Shown: positions 14,541 to 29,510 of the stretch, piece after piece
How positions within the stretch are numbered: position 1 is the stretch's first letter
Layout of the letters: every line of letters starts with the position of its first letter
Assembly: GCF_009914755.1 (NCBI RefSeq)
Contig: NC_060929.1
Origin: the human T2T-CHM13v2.0 reference genome, Homo sapiens
Length of the DNA stretch: 64,000 nucleotides
Strand: one strand, 5' to 3'
Position numbers and translations under genes: made by a program
The notes under the pieces: model-generated
Databases searched by the model: none
Told to the model about the DNA's origin: nothing
The model's input: the letters and a program-made list of their open reading frames with translations, nothing else

Positions 14541-17500
14541 AAGGAAGGAAAAAAGAAAGAAAAAAAAGATGATAGATGGATCAATAATGAATAAAGACTG
14601 AAAAAACTTAACAACATAAAAAAATACTCCCCTTTGAAATGATATGTGCCAGAAATATGTAATAGACAAATGCCATTTGACCATCACATGTAATTGGTAT
14701 GTTATCATAAGAAAACGTTTGGCAACAGTTCCTGATAAATGATGGATGTATATACTGTGAATAGCCATCAACATAGCACTTAGTTTTTAGATGAAGCTCA
14801 CTGAGTTCATTAACACTGGTTTTCGGTCTGAAAGAGCCATGGGCTCCATTCATTTGTTAATAGCACAGCTGGAATCAAGAAGACTGATTTTGGGATCTAG
14901 TCAATCAGTATGTTTGTCTCATCCGGACAATATGAGATTCTTTTCTGTGTATTTGTTCTGAAAACTGTAGGGTTTTTCTCCATTTATTTGCTTAGTTATG
15001 GCTGTTCTTAATTTCCACTGCTTTGTTTTCACTGCTGCTGGTCATTATTTCCTGACCTCTTTACATGTTGAGACTACACTTTTGGGCTTGGCTGCAGCAT
15101 TTATAGGAACCTGTCTGTTCTTTGGCATCATTTATGAACAGTTCAATCATATATTAAAAAAGAATTATCATTAAAAAGCCACCTGGGTTATCATTTTCAA
15201 AATAAAGTTAATGCAACGGAATGCACTTAGTGCTGATAATTACTGAACATAACAGAATGGGTATTTGATGACTGAGAAAGCAACTCAAGATAACAATGGT
15301 CTCACAATCATCACAATGCATTTGAATTGTCCTTGCCCCACAGGTGGGTGAGAGTGCTATGGTCACAGAGAGATTCCCTGTGTGTGACGGCAAATGCGTT
15401 TACTCTACCATGGAAAACACGTGTTTCGTGAAGACATGACTTTATCGACTTTTTCTCTGGCTTCCTACTGAGCCTTTAAACTCTGGAACTTTCATCATGC
15501 TTCCATCCCCCACTCCCAGCCTCTGTCTTTATCCCCTAATTACTTGAGCTTAACTTCCCTGACCTACAGAGAGTCAAGAAAAACTGGCATATAAAGCTCC
15601 GTTGTGTTTTGGTCTGACCTGTGGGTCCTTTAAATGAAGCCAGGATATACAGTGTGGGGGTTTGAGCTGCTAATGTCTGGACGCTTTTAAGAAGCATAAA
15701 TCTCTCCAAACCCAATGGGGACTTGAATGTGGTGATTTCCAACCCTCTTGGATTTGTGACACCTTATGGTTTGATTTGCTGACACCTTCTTCCCCCTTTT
15801 TAAAAGTAACAGGTGTGTCATATGTTTATGTAAAAAATTAAATAAATCATCATTTATATCTTTTTATTATTTAGCTTTATTTTTGAGGGTGAGGGAAGAG
15901 GGAGGCACTTTGGAGAATTTTTTATAGCCATAATAGCTGTGTTCTTTGGGGCTAGCTGAAATTTAATCCTGTTTGTATCCTCAAGCCTATTGCAGTGATG
16001 CTAGCTAATTTACCCTTGCTTTCTTTGAACTGTTGTTTGTATTCTTTTGTGTGATCCTTCACCATACGCTATCCCATGTTGTTCTCAAATTACTTCTAAT
16101 ATATTCTATAGTCCCGGAAATATCATTACTCTTAGATCTGACCCAGTTTGAAGCATAGAGTAGATGCACAATAAGAAATCAATTGAGTAATTGGAGACAT
16201 CTTTGGATGGGGCTGAGGCACAACCCGGGTTTGGAACACAAACTCTCACTGCTTTGAATAAGTTATAGAGAAGAGAGAAGCAAATCTACTCCATGATGGA
16301 CTAAGTACAGGCTTTCTCATTTCCATGGAGAAAGCAGTGACAGCCACAGCATCAACCACACTTGAAGGAAATCAAATCTTGCAAAATGGAATTCAGAGGG
16401 CATCAAATGAAGGAATGCCATGATGTAGCCTAGAACTTTTGGTTTATTATTCCAGCTGCTTGCTTGTCTTCTTTGGTTATGTGGGAAGGACAACCATAGC
16501 CATCCTGGCTATCTTGGTATCTCACCAGGCATCATAAATGGTCATGGCCTCTATTGCTCCTCGCCTATTGCTTCTTTGCTCACAATGAGGGAGTGAGGAG
16601 GACTCTCTCCCTGCCAGTGTTTCAATCCTTGCATAAGGATTCTAAACGGTGTGGTCTTAGTCTTTCTCACCTCTCAGTTTTACAGTTTTGTATTCAATTT
16701 ATTTCTTTAGCTTTCATCTCAAGGATTCTGGGACAAGTTTTTGTCAATGAGGTTTAATTGGAGATCTATGAGAGGCATCCCATTGGGTACCATGCTGAAG
16801 TCTTCCTTGACATCTATAGTTGGTCAGTGACCTGGGGTTTAGTCAGCATCTCCAATCCTTCTTTCAGGATGAACTTTCCATGGGGGGATCTCTCCAAACA
16901 GAGAGTGAACATTCCACTTACTCTTCTTTGAATGCTAAACCCAATGTTCTGGGGGCCTCCCTTTACTAGAAAGCTCAGCTGGTACCTCCCTACTGACAGT
17001 ACTTCCTAAGAGAAACTTCCTTACTCCTGTACCTCCCCTCAGTAGTCACGACTGGCTAGATTAGGAATGGCTACCTGACTCAAGGGTGAGCCATTAATCA
17101 GCTTTCCAGTGACACAACTCATTGTGAGAAATAAGCTGGAAAAATCCAAATCTTCCCCTTAGGAGTTTGAACTGGGGAACTTGAAGAGCTCAAGACAGGT
17201 AGAAGCAGGGACAGAAAAATGTCCCATGTTAGAATCATGGCCAGGCAGAGGTACATGTGAGTAGAATTTCAGATGGAGCAGAACGTACAAGTAAACAGAA
17301 GCATCAGTTGACAGATAAGGAGAATGGTCCAGAAATGCAGACAGAAGCTAAAATAATATGAGAAAGAGACCATGAGATCTGCGTGAAAGGAAAGCTGTGG
17401 AAAGTATTCAGCCCCTGGATATGACTCTATTCTTGATAGCTTCCCACTTCTACTCAATACATATCTTTACAATAAACTCCCCCCCTTTCATGAGCTTATT

Positions 17501-17759
17501 TGAGCCAGCCTTTCCTTTGATATCAAAAAAGCCTGACCCTATCACTCTCCTGATCCTCACAGGCTGTATGATTATTTTTACCTGGGAAACCCCTTGGCTT
17601 CTTATAAAGGTGTGACTTCTAGTGACTGACCCTGGCATGCTAGATTCCTCCAAAGGGATGGGCCAACCAGGTTCCAACTCTAGGTATGTTTGAAAACATA
17701 CAAAACAATAGTTTAGTTCGAGTGAACAATGTCACTTTTTACTTGTGGACAATACAAAG

Positions 17760-18150
17760 CGTCCTATGAAATTGCTGCAGCCACAGTCACAGTTCTGATC
17801 CCTTTTTACCGCTTTTCTACCCATTGACCTGCACAGCCTAGCCTTGTGACTTATTTTAGCCAATGAAATAAAGCAGAAGTAGTAGAGTGCTAGCCTGAGA
17901 CTACGACTTAAAAGGCATTGCAAGCTTCCATATGTTCCTCTTGGGCTTCTGCCATCAGTAGGAGAAGAACATGCCTCATGGCACTCACTGGTCCCAAGAG
18001 AATGAGAGATACGTGGAGCTGAGCAGCTACGGCCAATGCCTGCAGCCTGAGCAAAGCCATTGTAGCTGACCTGGGAGCAGGTTAATACATGCTTGTTACC
18101 GCATGCACCTGAGATTCTGTGATTGGTATGTAATCATAGCTGATTAATAA
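17760..18150 (+). mobile_element. MaLR LTR, MLT1I-like
   Basis: gccttgtgacttattttagccaatgaaat, cttctgccatc...gagaagaacatgcc, ctggtcccaagagaatgagagatacgtggagc, ending atagctgattaata. Confidence 0.7.
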
Positions 18151-18179
18151 TATCTATCTTCTGCAGCTTTCTCTTTCCT

Positions 18180-19000
18180 TTGACTTTATACTTCCTCTTG
18201 ATTTTGCCTTCCTTTCTGGCCACTCCTTCTCAGTCTTCTTCATGAGCCCCTCTTCTGTTACCCTTCAAATGTTGGTATTGCTCAAGCTTCTGGTCAAGGC
18301 CTCTATTTTTTCAATATACATTTGATACATTGATGAACTGCATAGGTGAGTTCAGTATCTTTTACAACCCGATGACTCTCAAATTTGTATCTTTGGTCCA
18401 GACTTCTCTTCTTTACATTAGATTCATATGTATTTATACAGATGCCTCTTGGTCACCTCCTTCTAAATGCTTTGCAGGCTTCTTGAAGTCAGTGTATCAA
18501 GGGAAGTAATCATCACTTTCTCCATACCTCTACTTGTTCCTCCTTCTGTAACCTTTCTCAAGTGACTAGCACTATAATTTGCTTAGTTGTCCAAACCAGA
18601 AGCCAAATTTCACCTTGATTTTTTTTCTCTCTCAAAGTTTTTCAGTTTACTGTGTACTCAGTCACGAACTGCACAGATTTCTGCTTCCTAAATGTCTCTC
18701 CTAACTGACCATGATTCTCCATCCCTAGTATTCATGGTTGTAGATCAGGCCTCCATCCTCTCTGACCTGGCTCACAGGAATCATTCCCTAAGTGGTCTCA
18801 GTGCTGCTAGTGTGGACCCCTCACCGTCTATCCTCATCCTCTGGAGGTCCATTTCTGATGTTGCTGATATGAACTTTCTGGTGAGGTATATATGAACATG
18901 ACAAATGTCTCCAATAGCTTCTTTCTATACCTTTCAGGATAAAGCCCAAACTTTTTAGCAAGGCATATAAATCACTTTCTAACTTGGCCTCCTCTGCTTT
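18180..19000 (+). mobile_element. L2 fragment
   Basis: ctttctggccactccttctcagtc, gatgactctcaaatttgtatct, caggataaagcccaaact. Boundaries approximate. Confidence 0.65.
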
Positions 19001-20320
19001 TTGCTGTAATAATGAAGACCCAGTTTCTGTCCTCAACGCTGAAGGGAATAATGCTTACACGGAAAAGTACTTTCACTATAAGCAGTAAGAAAAGGTTGCT
19101 ATCACCTAAAAGGGGCCATCTAATTCATGGACGGTAGAGGGAGAGGGAGAAGGTTTCCTTGATCCCCCAGTGTGAACCAAGGCCTGAAGGTAGAGAACAC
19201 ATCAGCCACAGCAAGGGGCGAATGAGCTGTGGGGAGGGAGAAAGAGTGGCCCATGCAGAAGGAACTGTGTGGGCCAAGGTCTGTGCTTGAAGAACTAAAA
19301 TAATCAGTCTGGTAGAGGATTAAGTATGGTGGTGCTAATTGGGACTTGTGGGTCTTTCTTATGAGCTGTATTAAGGAGCTTGGAGGCTCTTAAAGCAGCA
19401 ATTGACAAGCAAGATTAAATTGTTGATCAAGCAAAATCACCTGTATAATTACTAGAAGAATTTCTATTTGGGGGATTCTTGGGACAAACTTGATTACGTC
19501 TCAGCTTTGTAGTTTTTTTCCGGATTGTGCAGTTGAGGTTACTTTAAAACGAATTTTTATTGACTCTCTGAACACAAAGGTGAAAGAAATCCCCAGAGGT
19601 CATTGAGATTTTTACCCCTGGCTTCAGGCAGAACCACACATAAATCTTTCCAGACAGATGGGTGTTTGTTGGCAAAGGTATTCAGCCGCAAAGAAGTAAT
19701 AGCTGCTTTTGTTGACAGATTTAGAGATGTTTTGCCAAACACTATCTTAAAATACTATGATTAGATGTAATTTTGCAAAAATGAGTCTATAATGGAGGTG
19801 ATTCGCTTGCCGTATCAGCTTAGGAGTATCTTCTATTTACAGTTTATTAAATTTACATTTGATTAATTTACACTGAGTGCAAGCAGTTACTCCGTAATTA
19901 TCTCTTTGCCTGCATCAGAATACATGCAACATTATGTTTGGAAAATTGTGAAGTCAGAAGATGTTAACATTGGAAATACCCATTAGTGATCTCTTTTACC
20001 TCCTTACCATCCAAACAAATGCTTTATGCATTTAGATTCATGAGGGGTTCTTCAACTCTGTATTTCCCACACATTCTAACACAAAATTTTATTTATCTTC
20101 CATTTCATAATTTAATAGCTAATCTGTCACAAGCAACAATTTTTGTTTGTTTGCTTAGTTCTGCTGAACCCACCGTCATTAGACAAAACCATTATTTGAA
20201 AAATCTCTTTCAGGAAATCATATACATGGATATCCTATGAAGTTCTCATAAACAAGAGCTGTGTTTTCTTTAGTTGTTTATTCTTAAACTTTTCAAATAT
20301 TTATTGCACACTTGAGACAT

Positions 20321-21161
20321 TGTGGTGGATGGCATTTCAATATACATTTAACCCCAAATAATGTAAGTGACGGGTCAGCAAACGATAGCCTTTTGGCCAA
20401 ATCCAGCATGCTGCCTGTTTTTGTATGGCCTTTGAGCTAAGAATGATTTATGAAATGGCTGAAAACATTCAAAAGAAGAATACTGACATGTGACTGTTAT
20501 ATGAAATTCAAATTTCAGTGTCCATAAATAGTTTTATTGGAACATAACTATACTCATTCATTTACATATTGTCTGTGGCTGCTTTTGTAACACAAGGGCA
20601 TGTTGAGTAGTTGCGGCAGGCACCGTATGGTCTGCCAAGCCTAAAATGTTTACTATCTTGCTCTTTCCAGAAAATGTTTGCTGATCCCTAGCCTAAGGTA
20701 ATCATGGTAATCTCATTTCCTTTGTGAATGATTGGTTTGGGAATGAACATAAAAACCTAATCCTGGGAAAATGAATATCAGAGGTCTGAGGGGGCTTCTT
20801 GGAAAGGTTTCTTAGCTGCTCTTAAGGAGGCACAGGAAAAGATGGTTCCTTTCTTTCTTTGCTGTTGTTGCCCCTGGATAAGGAGCCTGAAGATGTGTGT
20901 GGCTGCCTTGTGGCTATGACGGCTGTGGCTGTAAAGGCTCTGTACTGAAGGCATGGCCACCTCACTGAGTATGACAGCAGGGAGATGGGAAGAGCCAGAT
21001 TTCTCATGCGAATATGAAGACATTAACTGAGCCCTGGATCCTACTCTGCCTTTGAACTTCATGTTGTATGAGGTAACATGCTTGCTTCATGTTTAAGTCA
21101 TTTTGAGGTAGGGGTGGAGGTAAATTTCTGTTCCTTGGTGCCAAAGCTTCCTACATGGACA
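20321..21161 (+). mobile_element. MaLR LTR (MLT1J/K-like) containing a nested MER58
   Basis: aatcatggtaatctcatttcc...tgattggtttggg...ggggcttcttggaaaggtttc...tgtttaagtcattttgag...ttctgttccttg. Boundaries approximate. Confidence 0.65.
20368..20690 (+). mobile_element. MER58B (hAT-Charlie)
   Basis: Terminal inverted repeats gggtcagcaaac / gtttgctgatccc and internal gttttattggaaca...cattcatttacatattgtctgtggctgcttt. About 320 bp. Confidence 0.85.
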
Positions 21162-22048
21162 TCAACAATACACTAGCCACTGTGTCAGGTGTTGGGAATA
21201 CAGTAATGCCAAAAATAATATAAAGTAAAATGTTCCTGTTCTTCACTAGCTTAGTGTAGTAGGGAGACTTTCTAGAAAAATAGGATAGGGAACGTTTAAG
21301 GCTGTCTTGAGGAATCAGGGTAAAGCTCACAGAAGTACTAATGCTTGATCTGAGATTTGAACGGTGATTTGGACCTCAGCAGGCCATTTTATAGGACACC
21401 AACAATCCAGGAAAAAGAAGAATATAGAAAAAGAAGCAGGACAGATGAAACAGTATGGTGTTTGTTTGGGGATAAGTAGAAGCAGTTCAGTATGGCTGAG
21501 ATGCTGAGGATGGAAGAAGGGGCTCGAGTTTCCTTAGCATAGAACTTGGATGCGCTGTTGTAACAACGACTACTATCATTGCTGCTAGTACAGAAGCAAT
21601 TCTTACAACTATTTTAAAACTGTGACAGGTACACCTCATTTTATTGCACTTCACTTAATTTTGCTTCACAGATAATGCATTTTTTACAAACTGAAGCTTT
21701 CTGGCAACCCTGTGCTGAGCGAGTCTGTTGGCACCATTTTTCCAACAGCGTGTGCTCACTTTGCATCTCTGTGTCACATTTTGGTAATTCTCACAATATT
21801 TCAAACCTTTTCATGACTATTCTATCTGTTATAGTGGTCTGTGGTCAGTGATCTTTGATGTCACTATTGTAATTGTTTTGGGGTGCCACAAACCATGCCC
21901 ATAGAAGATGAAGAATTGAACTGATAACTGTTGTGTGTGTTCTGACTGCTCTACTCACTGGTTGTTCCCCATCTCTCTCCATCTCCTCAGGTTTCCCTAT
22001 TCCCAGAGACACAACAATATTCAAATTAGGCCAGTTGATAACCCTACA

Positions 22049-23840
<1,792 letters not shown>

Positions 23841-24359
23841 TTTGAAAGGAATTCTACTGTAAGTAAAATGCTATCAAATAGCATCATATGCTATAGAGAA
23901 ATCTTTCATAAATCAATATGGCAGACTTCATATTTGTCTTATTTTAAGAAATTGCCACAGCCACCTCAACCTTCAACAACCATCACCCTGATTAGGCAGC
24001 AGCCATCAACATTGAGGCCAGAGCCTCCACAATAAAAAAGATGATGACTTGATGAAGGCTCAGAAAATCATTAGCATTTTTAAGCAATAAAATATTTTTT
24101 TAACTAAGTTATGCACATTGTTTTCTTACACATAATGCTATTGTACACTTAATAGACTATAGTGTAGTGGGAACATAACTTTTATGTGCACTGGGAAACC
24201 AAAACATTTTTGTGACTCTTTATTGTGATATTTGCTTTTTTGTTCTGGTCTAGAACCAAACATGCAGTATCACTGAGGTATGTCTATATACTACTAATGT
24301 ATTGGTATTAATAACCAATACTTAACCAATACATGATATCAACCAATACATTAATATCA

Positions 24360-24570
24360 TTTATTTAGTACTTACTAGATTAGGCACTTTAAGTATATAA
24401 TCTCATTTGATTCTTATCAGAGTTCTATGGGGAGAGTCCTGTAGTTATCCTAGTTCTAAAGATAATTAACCAAGGCAAAATGAAGTTAAAGGATTTGTCC
24501 AAAGTCACACAGCTAGTAAGTGTAGAAGTGGGAACAAATCTTTGGTCTTTCTGATTCAAAGCCAGTGTAT
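24360..24570 (-). mobile_element. MIR
   Basis: atttgtccaaagtcacacagctagtaagtgtagaagtggga...tctgattcaaagcc is the reverse complement of the MIR core. Confidence 0.75.
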
Positions 24571-25199
24571 TTGAATAAAGACCGTATGCATAAAGCCTTT
24601 GGGATCCTGTAGGATAGAGTTTGGTTATATCTTGCTGCATATTTCATATCCAGTGGATTCTATGACTCTTTCCCATAATACACAACCATTATTATGGCTT
24701 TCAGGAGCTACAATATATTTGAGTTTCAAAGATGTTTTTATCTTTTAAAAAATACGCATTTGGAAGTGAAGTGAATTATGGAAATTTCACACACACACAC
24801 ACGCACACACATATACATATATATGTGACTTAAAATGAAAATTTTCAATACCCTAATTTATGAAATAAAATTCTGAAGTGCAAGGAGAAAGAAGACAATT
24901 GTAGAATTCAGAGGTAGTGGTAAATAGCTGGATCCGATGAAAAGCAGAGCAGAGACTGAGCTGTCAAATATCAGGGTGTCAAAGGCAATTAAGAAGAGTG
25001 GTTTCAAATAAGTGAGGCTGATGAGAAAGTGAAAAGGAAGAGGGAGAGTCTCTGGGGTCATATGGGAGAAAAGTGACAAAAAAAGGGGCCAGAAGAAAGG
25101 CAGTGGGAAATACAGGAGGTCACTTGTGGTTGGATCTGAAAAGCATGGGGGGCACTCGCAGATAGGGCAGAATCCAAGAGGGAGTGAAGGTGAAGTCTG

Positions 25200-25440
25200 T
25201 AGTTGTGTACAGCCACCTGGACTGTGGGTCAGATGGCCAGCATCCAAATCCCAGCTCAGCCACTGTACCGCCTAAGGAGGGTAACTAAATCTTTGAAGTC
25301 TTGTTTCCTCATCTGTAAAATGGAGATAAAAGTAGCACCTAAATTGTAGGGTGTTAGGAGGATAAATGCACTCATGTATGTTAAAAGTGCTTAACACAGT
25401 GCCAGACACACAGTAAAGTGTTCAATAACTTTACTGTTGA
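25200..25440 (+). mobile_element. MIR
   Basis: gtttcctcatctgtaaaatggagataa...gtgcttaacacagtgccagacacacagtaa. Confidence 0.8.
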
Positions 25441-26469
25441 TATTATTATTATCCTATCAGGATGGAGCTGATCAGTCTTCCAAGCTCCATGCACAGTCCT
25501 CTCCACAAGGCAGACTGGTGGTGCCTGTCCAGGATAGCCATTTAAAGTCATCTGTTGCATTAATGAATGGCGCTTACCCCTTAAATTGTTATCATTATTA
25601 TTTTTTTGGTTGGACCACTTCTGCAGTTGATTTACCCATCCTCGTGCAAGAGTATACAGTGGTGAGAATTTTAATGCACGAGTGGTTTGGGCAACAGCCT
25701 CAAAATGTCTTATTTTTACTACGTATTATTATAGCATTACATTCATAGTCAGGGGTCAGCTGCTATTTCCTGAGGTTTATAACATGCCTGTTTTAATTAA
25801 CATCAAGCTAAATTTTGGCATACAGGTGGTCAGCCCAGATGTGAATGTTATTTTTAAAAGTGCCTTATGGCTGTTAAATCTCTTTCTTTAAAATAGCAAA
25901 ACATATATGGGTGTGTGTATGTGGTGGGGGAAGGGGGGGTGGAAAGCAGTAAAAATATGAAATACTGATTAGTTCAGGCCTTCTTTAGACAAGCTTCAAT
26001 GACGAAAAGATTTCTTCAAAATTGTTAAAATATGCTTACATAGGCCACAAACTAATACATTGAATAGAAGCCAGAATAACAATAAAAATGAGGTGGCCAC
26101 ACACTGGATAGATAAAAGAGAGTGTATGGAGGGCTGCATATGCACTCTGCAGTTTAGAAAAATAAGCACGGGGCCTGAGTAATATGTCACAGGGATGCAG
26201 TTAGTAGAGGCGAGAGGCAGATACAAGGTTCCTAACTTCTAGAGGCAAAACAGGGCTCAAATCTTTAGTTTATCTAAATAGTATATCCTGGATATGTGCG
26301 TGTGAACACACAGCATACACATAAATACTTTGTCTTTCTCTCTTATACACACATATCACACATATACACACCACATACATATCATAAGCTCGGTCACTAA
26401 TCGATGTTTGTTAATTTAGGAAAATTAATTTGCTCTCTCTAAACTTTATTATTTTGTTTTGCATCTAGC

Positions 26470-27010
26470 ATGCTGATGGCCCATGCAAGTCATCATTGAT
26501 ACCCCCTTCTTTTTTATGCTTATGTCCAACCCATTGCCAAGGCCAGTTAATTTTACCTCCTCCGTATTAATCAAACCTTTCCATTTCTCTGTCTCTACCA
26601 CTGCTTTCTCTAAACTACTGCAATCTCAGTCTGGGCCACTGGGGTAGCCTCCAGCCTCGTCTGGCTACATCCACTCTTGCCTGCCTCCATCCACTCTTGC
26701 CTGCCTCCACATCTATTTTCCACACCCCTTCCAGGGTTATCTATTTGAAATGAAATTGAAATATATCACTGCTTGGTTTAGGACACTTCAGTGGCCTTCC
26801 ACTCATTGCTTTTGGATAAAGACAAAACTCTTCACCATGGCCTTCAAAGTCTTGGCCCTCCTATTTCTCCTACCATGACCTTCTGAATGTCTATGCCCTA
26901 AATAGAAATCGGATTTCTTCTATTCTCTTGTATTTCTCACATTCCCTACTAACACAGAGCCTTTGCACAGCCTGTCCTTTTTGCCTAAAATGATTTCCTC
27001 CTTTCTTTCT
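26470..27010 (+). mobile_element. L2 fragment
   Basis: cttcagtggccttcc...ttggataaagacaaaactcttcaccatggccttcaaag...cagagcctttgcaca. Boundaries approximate. Confidence 0.65.
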
Positions 27011-27269
27011 TCATTATACAATTAATTGGACCTAAAATTACTTAAACTGGGGACAGAGTCTTCCTCTCTGCAGTGAAAAGGCCTATGCAAGTGCAAATAA
27101 CTATGGGAGAAGGAGCATGCTGATTATTTGAAAGTATAAATGACATATCTTGGTTTTCTGACAGGGAGCCTATTTAGGTAGAGGAAGAAAAAAGTAGAAT
27201 CACTGACTAACCATTATTTAAGGACATCAATGCCATAAAAATTACAAGTTATATGTATCTCTCTCTTCT

Positions 27270-27420
27270 CAGGATCCTATGTGATCTATACTATGAGGTA
27301 AATGCTATTATCATCCCCATTCTATAGGAGAGGAAACTGAGGCTAGGAGAAGTTGAATAACTCAAGCACACTCAGTTCCTAACTAGTTGACCTGGATTCA
27401 AACACAAGTTCCATTTTATT
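27270..27420 (-). mobile_element. MIR
   Basis: tatgaggtaaatgctattatcatccccattctataggagaggaaactgaggc. Confidence 0.75.
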
Positions 27421-28839
27421 CTAGAATTATAGCCCATTCCTGTTATCGCTCAGCTACCTCCATGTGCAAGAACAAAAATGTACAAGCATAGAGTTTTAGG
27501 CACCAGTGCTAATAACGATCAATATTCAATACAACTTCTAGTGTCTAGCCTTGCAAATCAATTGTTTTTCCAGTGTTAAAGGAACAAAGTCTAATAAAAT
27601 TTGACCCACTGGCAGGGCATCGTCATTAGTCTCCAAAGTTTACTGTGTAACTGGAAATTGTTTCCAATGGAACTTCCCAATGGAAGCTTCTCTATCCTTG
27701 GATGATACTCTGGAAATACCAAAGTAAGCAAGTCCCACCCACAGAGAAGGTAACCCTGGCTCTCTTGCCATGTTTATGGCAAACATTCAGTGAGTCTGCT
27801 AGAATTAAATGGCAAAATTCATCACAACTAATTTCTATTTGTCATCTATTAAGCTACATTGTTTTGTCCTCAACGTCAGGTTAAATAATGAACCTCTTGC
27901 AATGGAGTAAATTAACTTCCACTTTATGTTCATGTCATTGTCAAATGGAAACATCACTTGCACAAATGAAAAAGATTCATTAGTAACACAAATGCACAAG
28001 CTCCACTCTAGTAAAAGATAAGAGCGATTGAGACCTTGTCATAGTGGGCTGTCGCTGAGCCTCTCGTTATTTATGACGCCTGCTGTAGTCTTTGGAGATT
28101 ATTTTCAGCAATGGCAATTAGCCCACCGTGTATCAGGGGCAATTATAGGGCAGAGTCTGCCTCTGACAGGTATGCTGCCTTGGCTTCCAGGGGCTGTGAT
28201 CTTTGAGAAATGCATTCTCATCTGCTTGCTGCCAAGAGAGACTGGCATCCCTGCTTTCTCATCGGTGGAGGCTAGGGAAGGGAGCTATGCATGGCCAGCT
28301 ACTCTAAATGCTCAGCTGCCTGACATGAAAGGCCCTTCTTGATCACACTGCTACCTGATTCGGGAAAGTCACAGCCCTTGATCATAGATAGGACTAGGAT
28401 AATCTGTCATTTCACCTGAATTTAATTCCTAGCTCGTCAGTCCAAACATTTCTCAGATGTTCAGATCCTGATTGTCTAAATGGTCATTTATTTGGGTCCT
28501 TTACTTCTCTTTACTGTTTCATTTGCCTTCATAGGCTGTTTTATTACATGTTCACCCTTCAATTAGGAAGCAAATAAAAATAATGATAAAGCATTCACAT
28601 ATAGGTGTGAACATATATTTGTACTTCCTTTCTGAAAAGCAGGTTAGCAAAGGAGATCAAAAGCTTCAAACAAACAAACAAACAAAAAATTTAATCTAGG
28701 TATTTCACTTCTAAGAATTTATCCTATGGAGTCAAGTGTGAATGTGCACAAAGATTTAGCTACGAGTTATCTTTATATTAGAGTGCTTAAGACAGGGAGA
28801 GAATAACGTAGGTTAACATATACCTCTTTTTGCAGTTTA

Positions 28840-29132
28840 ATTTTTTAAACTTTTAATTTGTTATGGTTACATAATAATTGTATATCTTTATGGGGCACAT
28901 GTAATGTTTTGATACAGGCATAGGATGTGTAATGATCAAATCAAAGTAACTGGGGTATTTATCATCTCAAGCATTTATCATTTCTTTGTGTTCAGAACAT
29001 TCCAATTCCACTCTCTTAGTTATTTAAAACTATACGAGAAATTATTGTGAACTATAGTTACCCTATTGTGCTACTGACTACTAGAATGCTAGATCTTATT
29101 CATTCTTTCTAACTGTATTTCTGTACCCATTA
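28840..29132 (-). mobile_element. L1MA 3' end fragment
   Basis: tatggggcacatgtaatgttttgatacaggcat...tgtaatgatcaaatc...catttatcatttctttgtg...actatagttaccctattgtgcta is the antisense L1MA 3'UTR. Confidence 0.82.
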
Positions 29133-29159
29133 TGGCTACTTCTTAGTTGCTGAGGTAGA

Positions 29160-29510
29160 AGCTTTCTTGACCACACAATTTTGGGTGGCTGCTCAGCCCA
29201 CAGCGATTTCCCAGCTGGTTATGTTTATGCTAGCTCTCTTTCTTCTTCCTGGTAATGTTCTCTGCTTCCATTGGCCATGGGGGTGACCATGTGACCCAGA
29301 CCTGGCCAATCACAGTATCTCTCTCTCTGGCCACAGAAATTGGTCCACTTTGGCCACCCACCCAAATCCCTCACTCAGATTTCCTCTCTGAAGTTTTCAG
29401 AAAATGAAGGTGGGATGGATGCATTCTCTTAATAGTTTTATTTATAGAATTGTAAAGATGTGAGCTATCAGCTGTCCATTTGTTTTCAACCTAGTGGGGA
29501 AGGCATATAG
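29160..29510 (+). mobile_element. Old ERVL/MaLR LTR fragment (LTR33/MLT1-like)
   Basis: catgtgacccagacctggccaatcacag motif. Highly diverged, boundaries uncertain. Confidence 0.4.
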
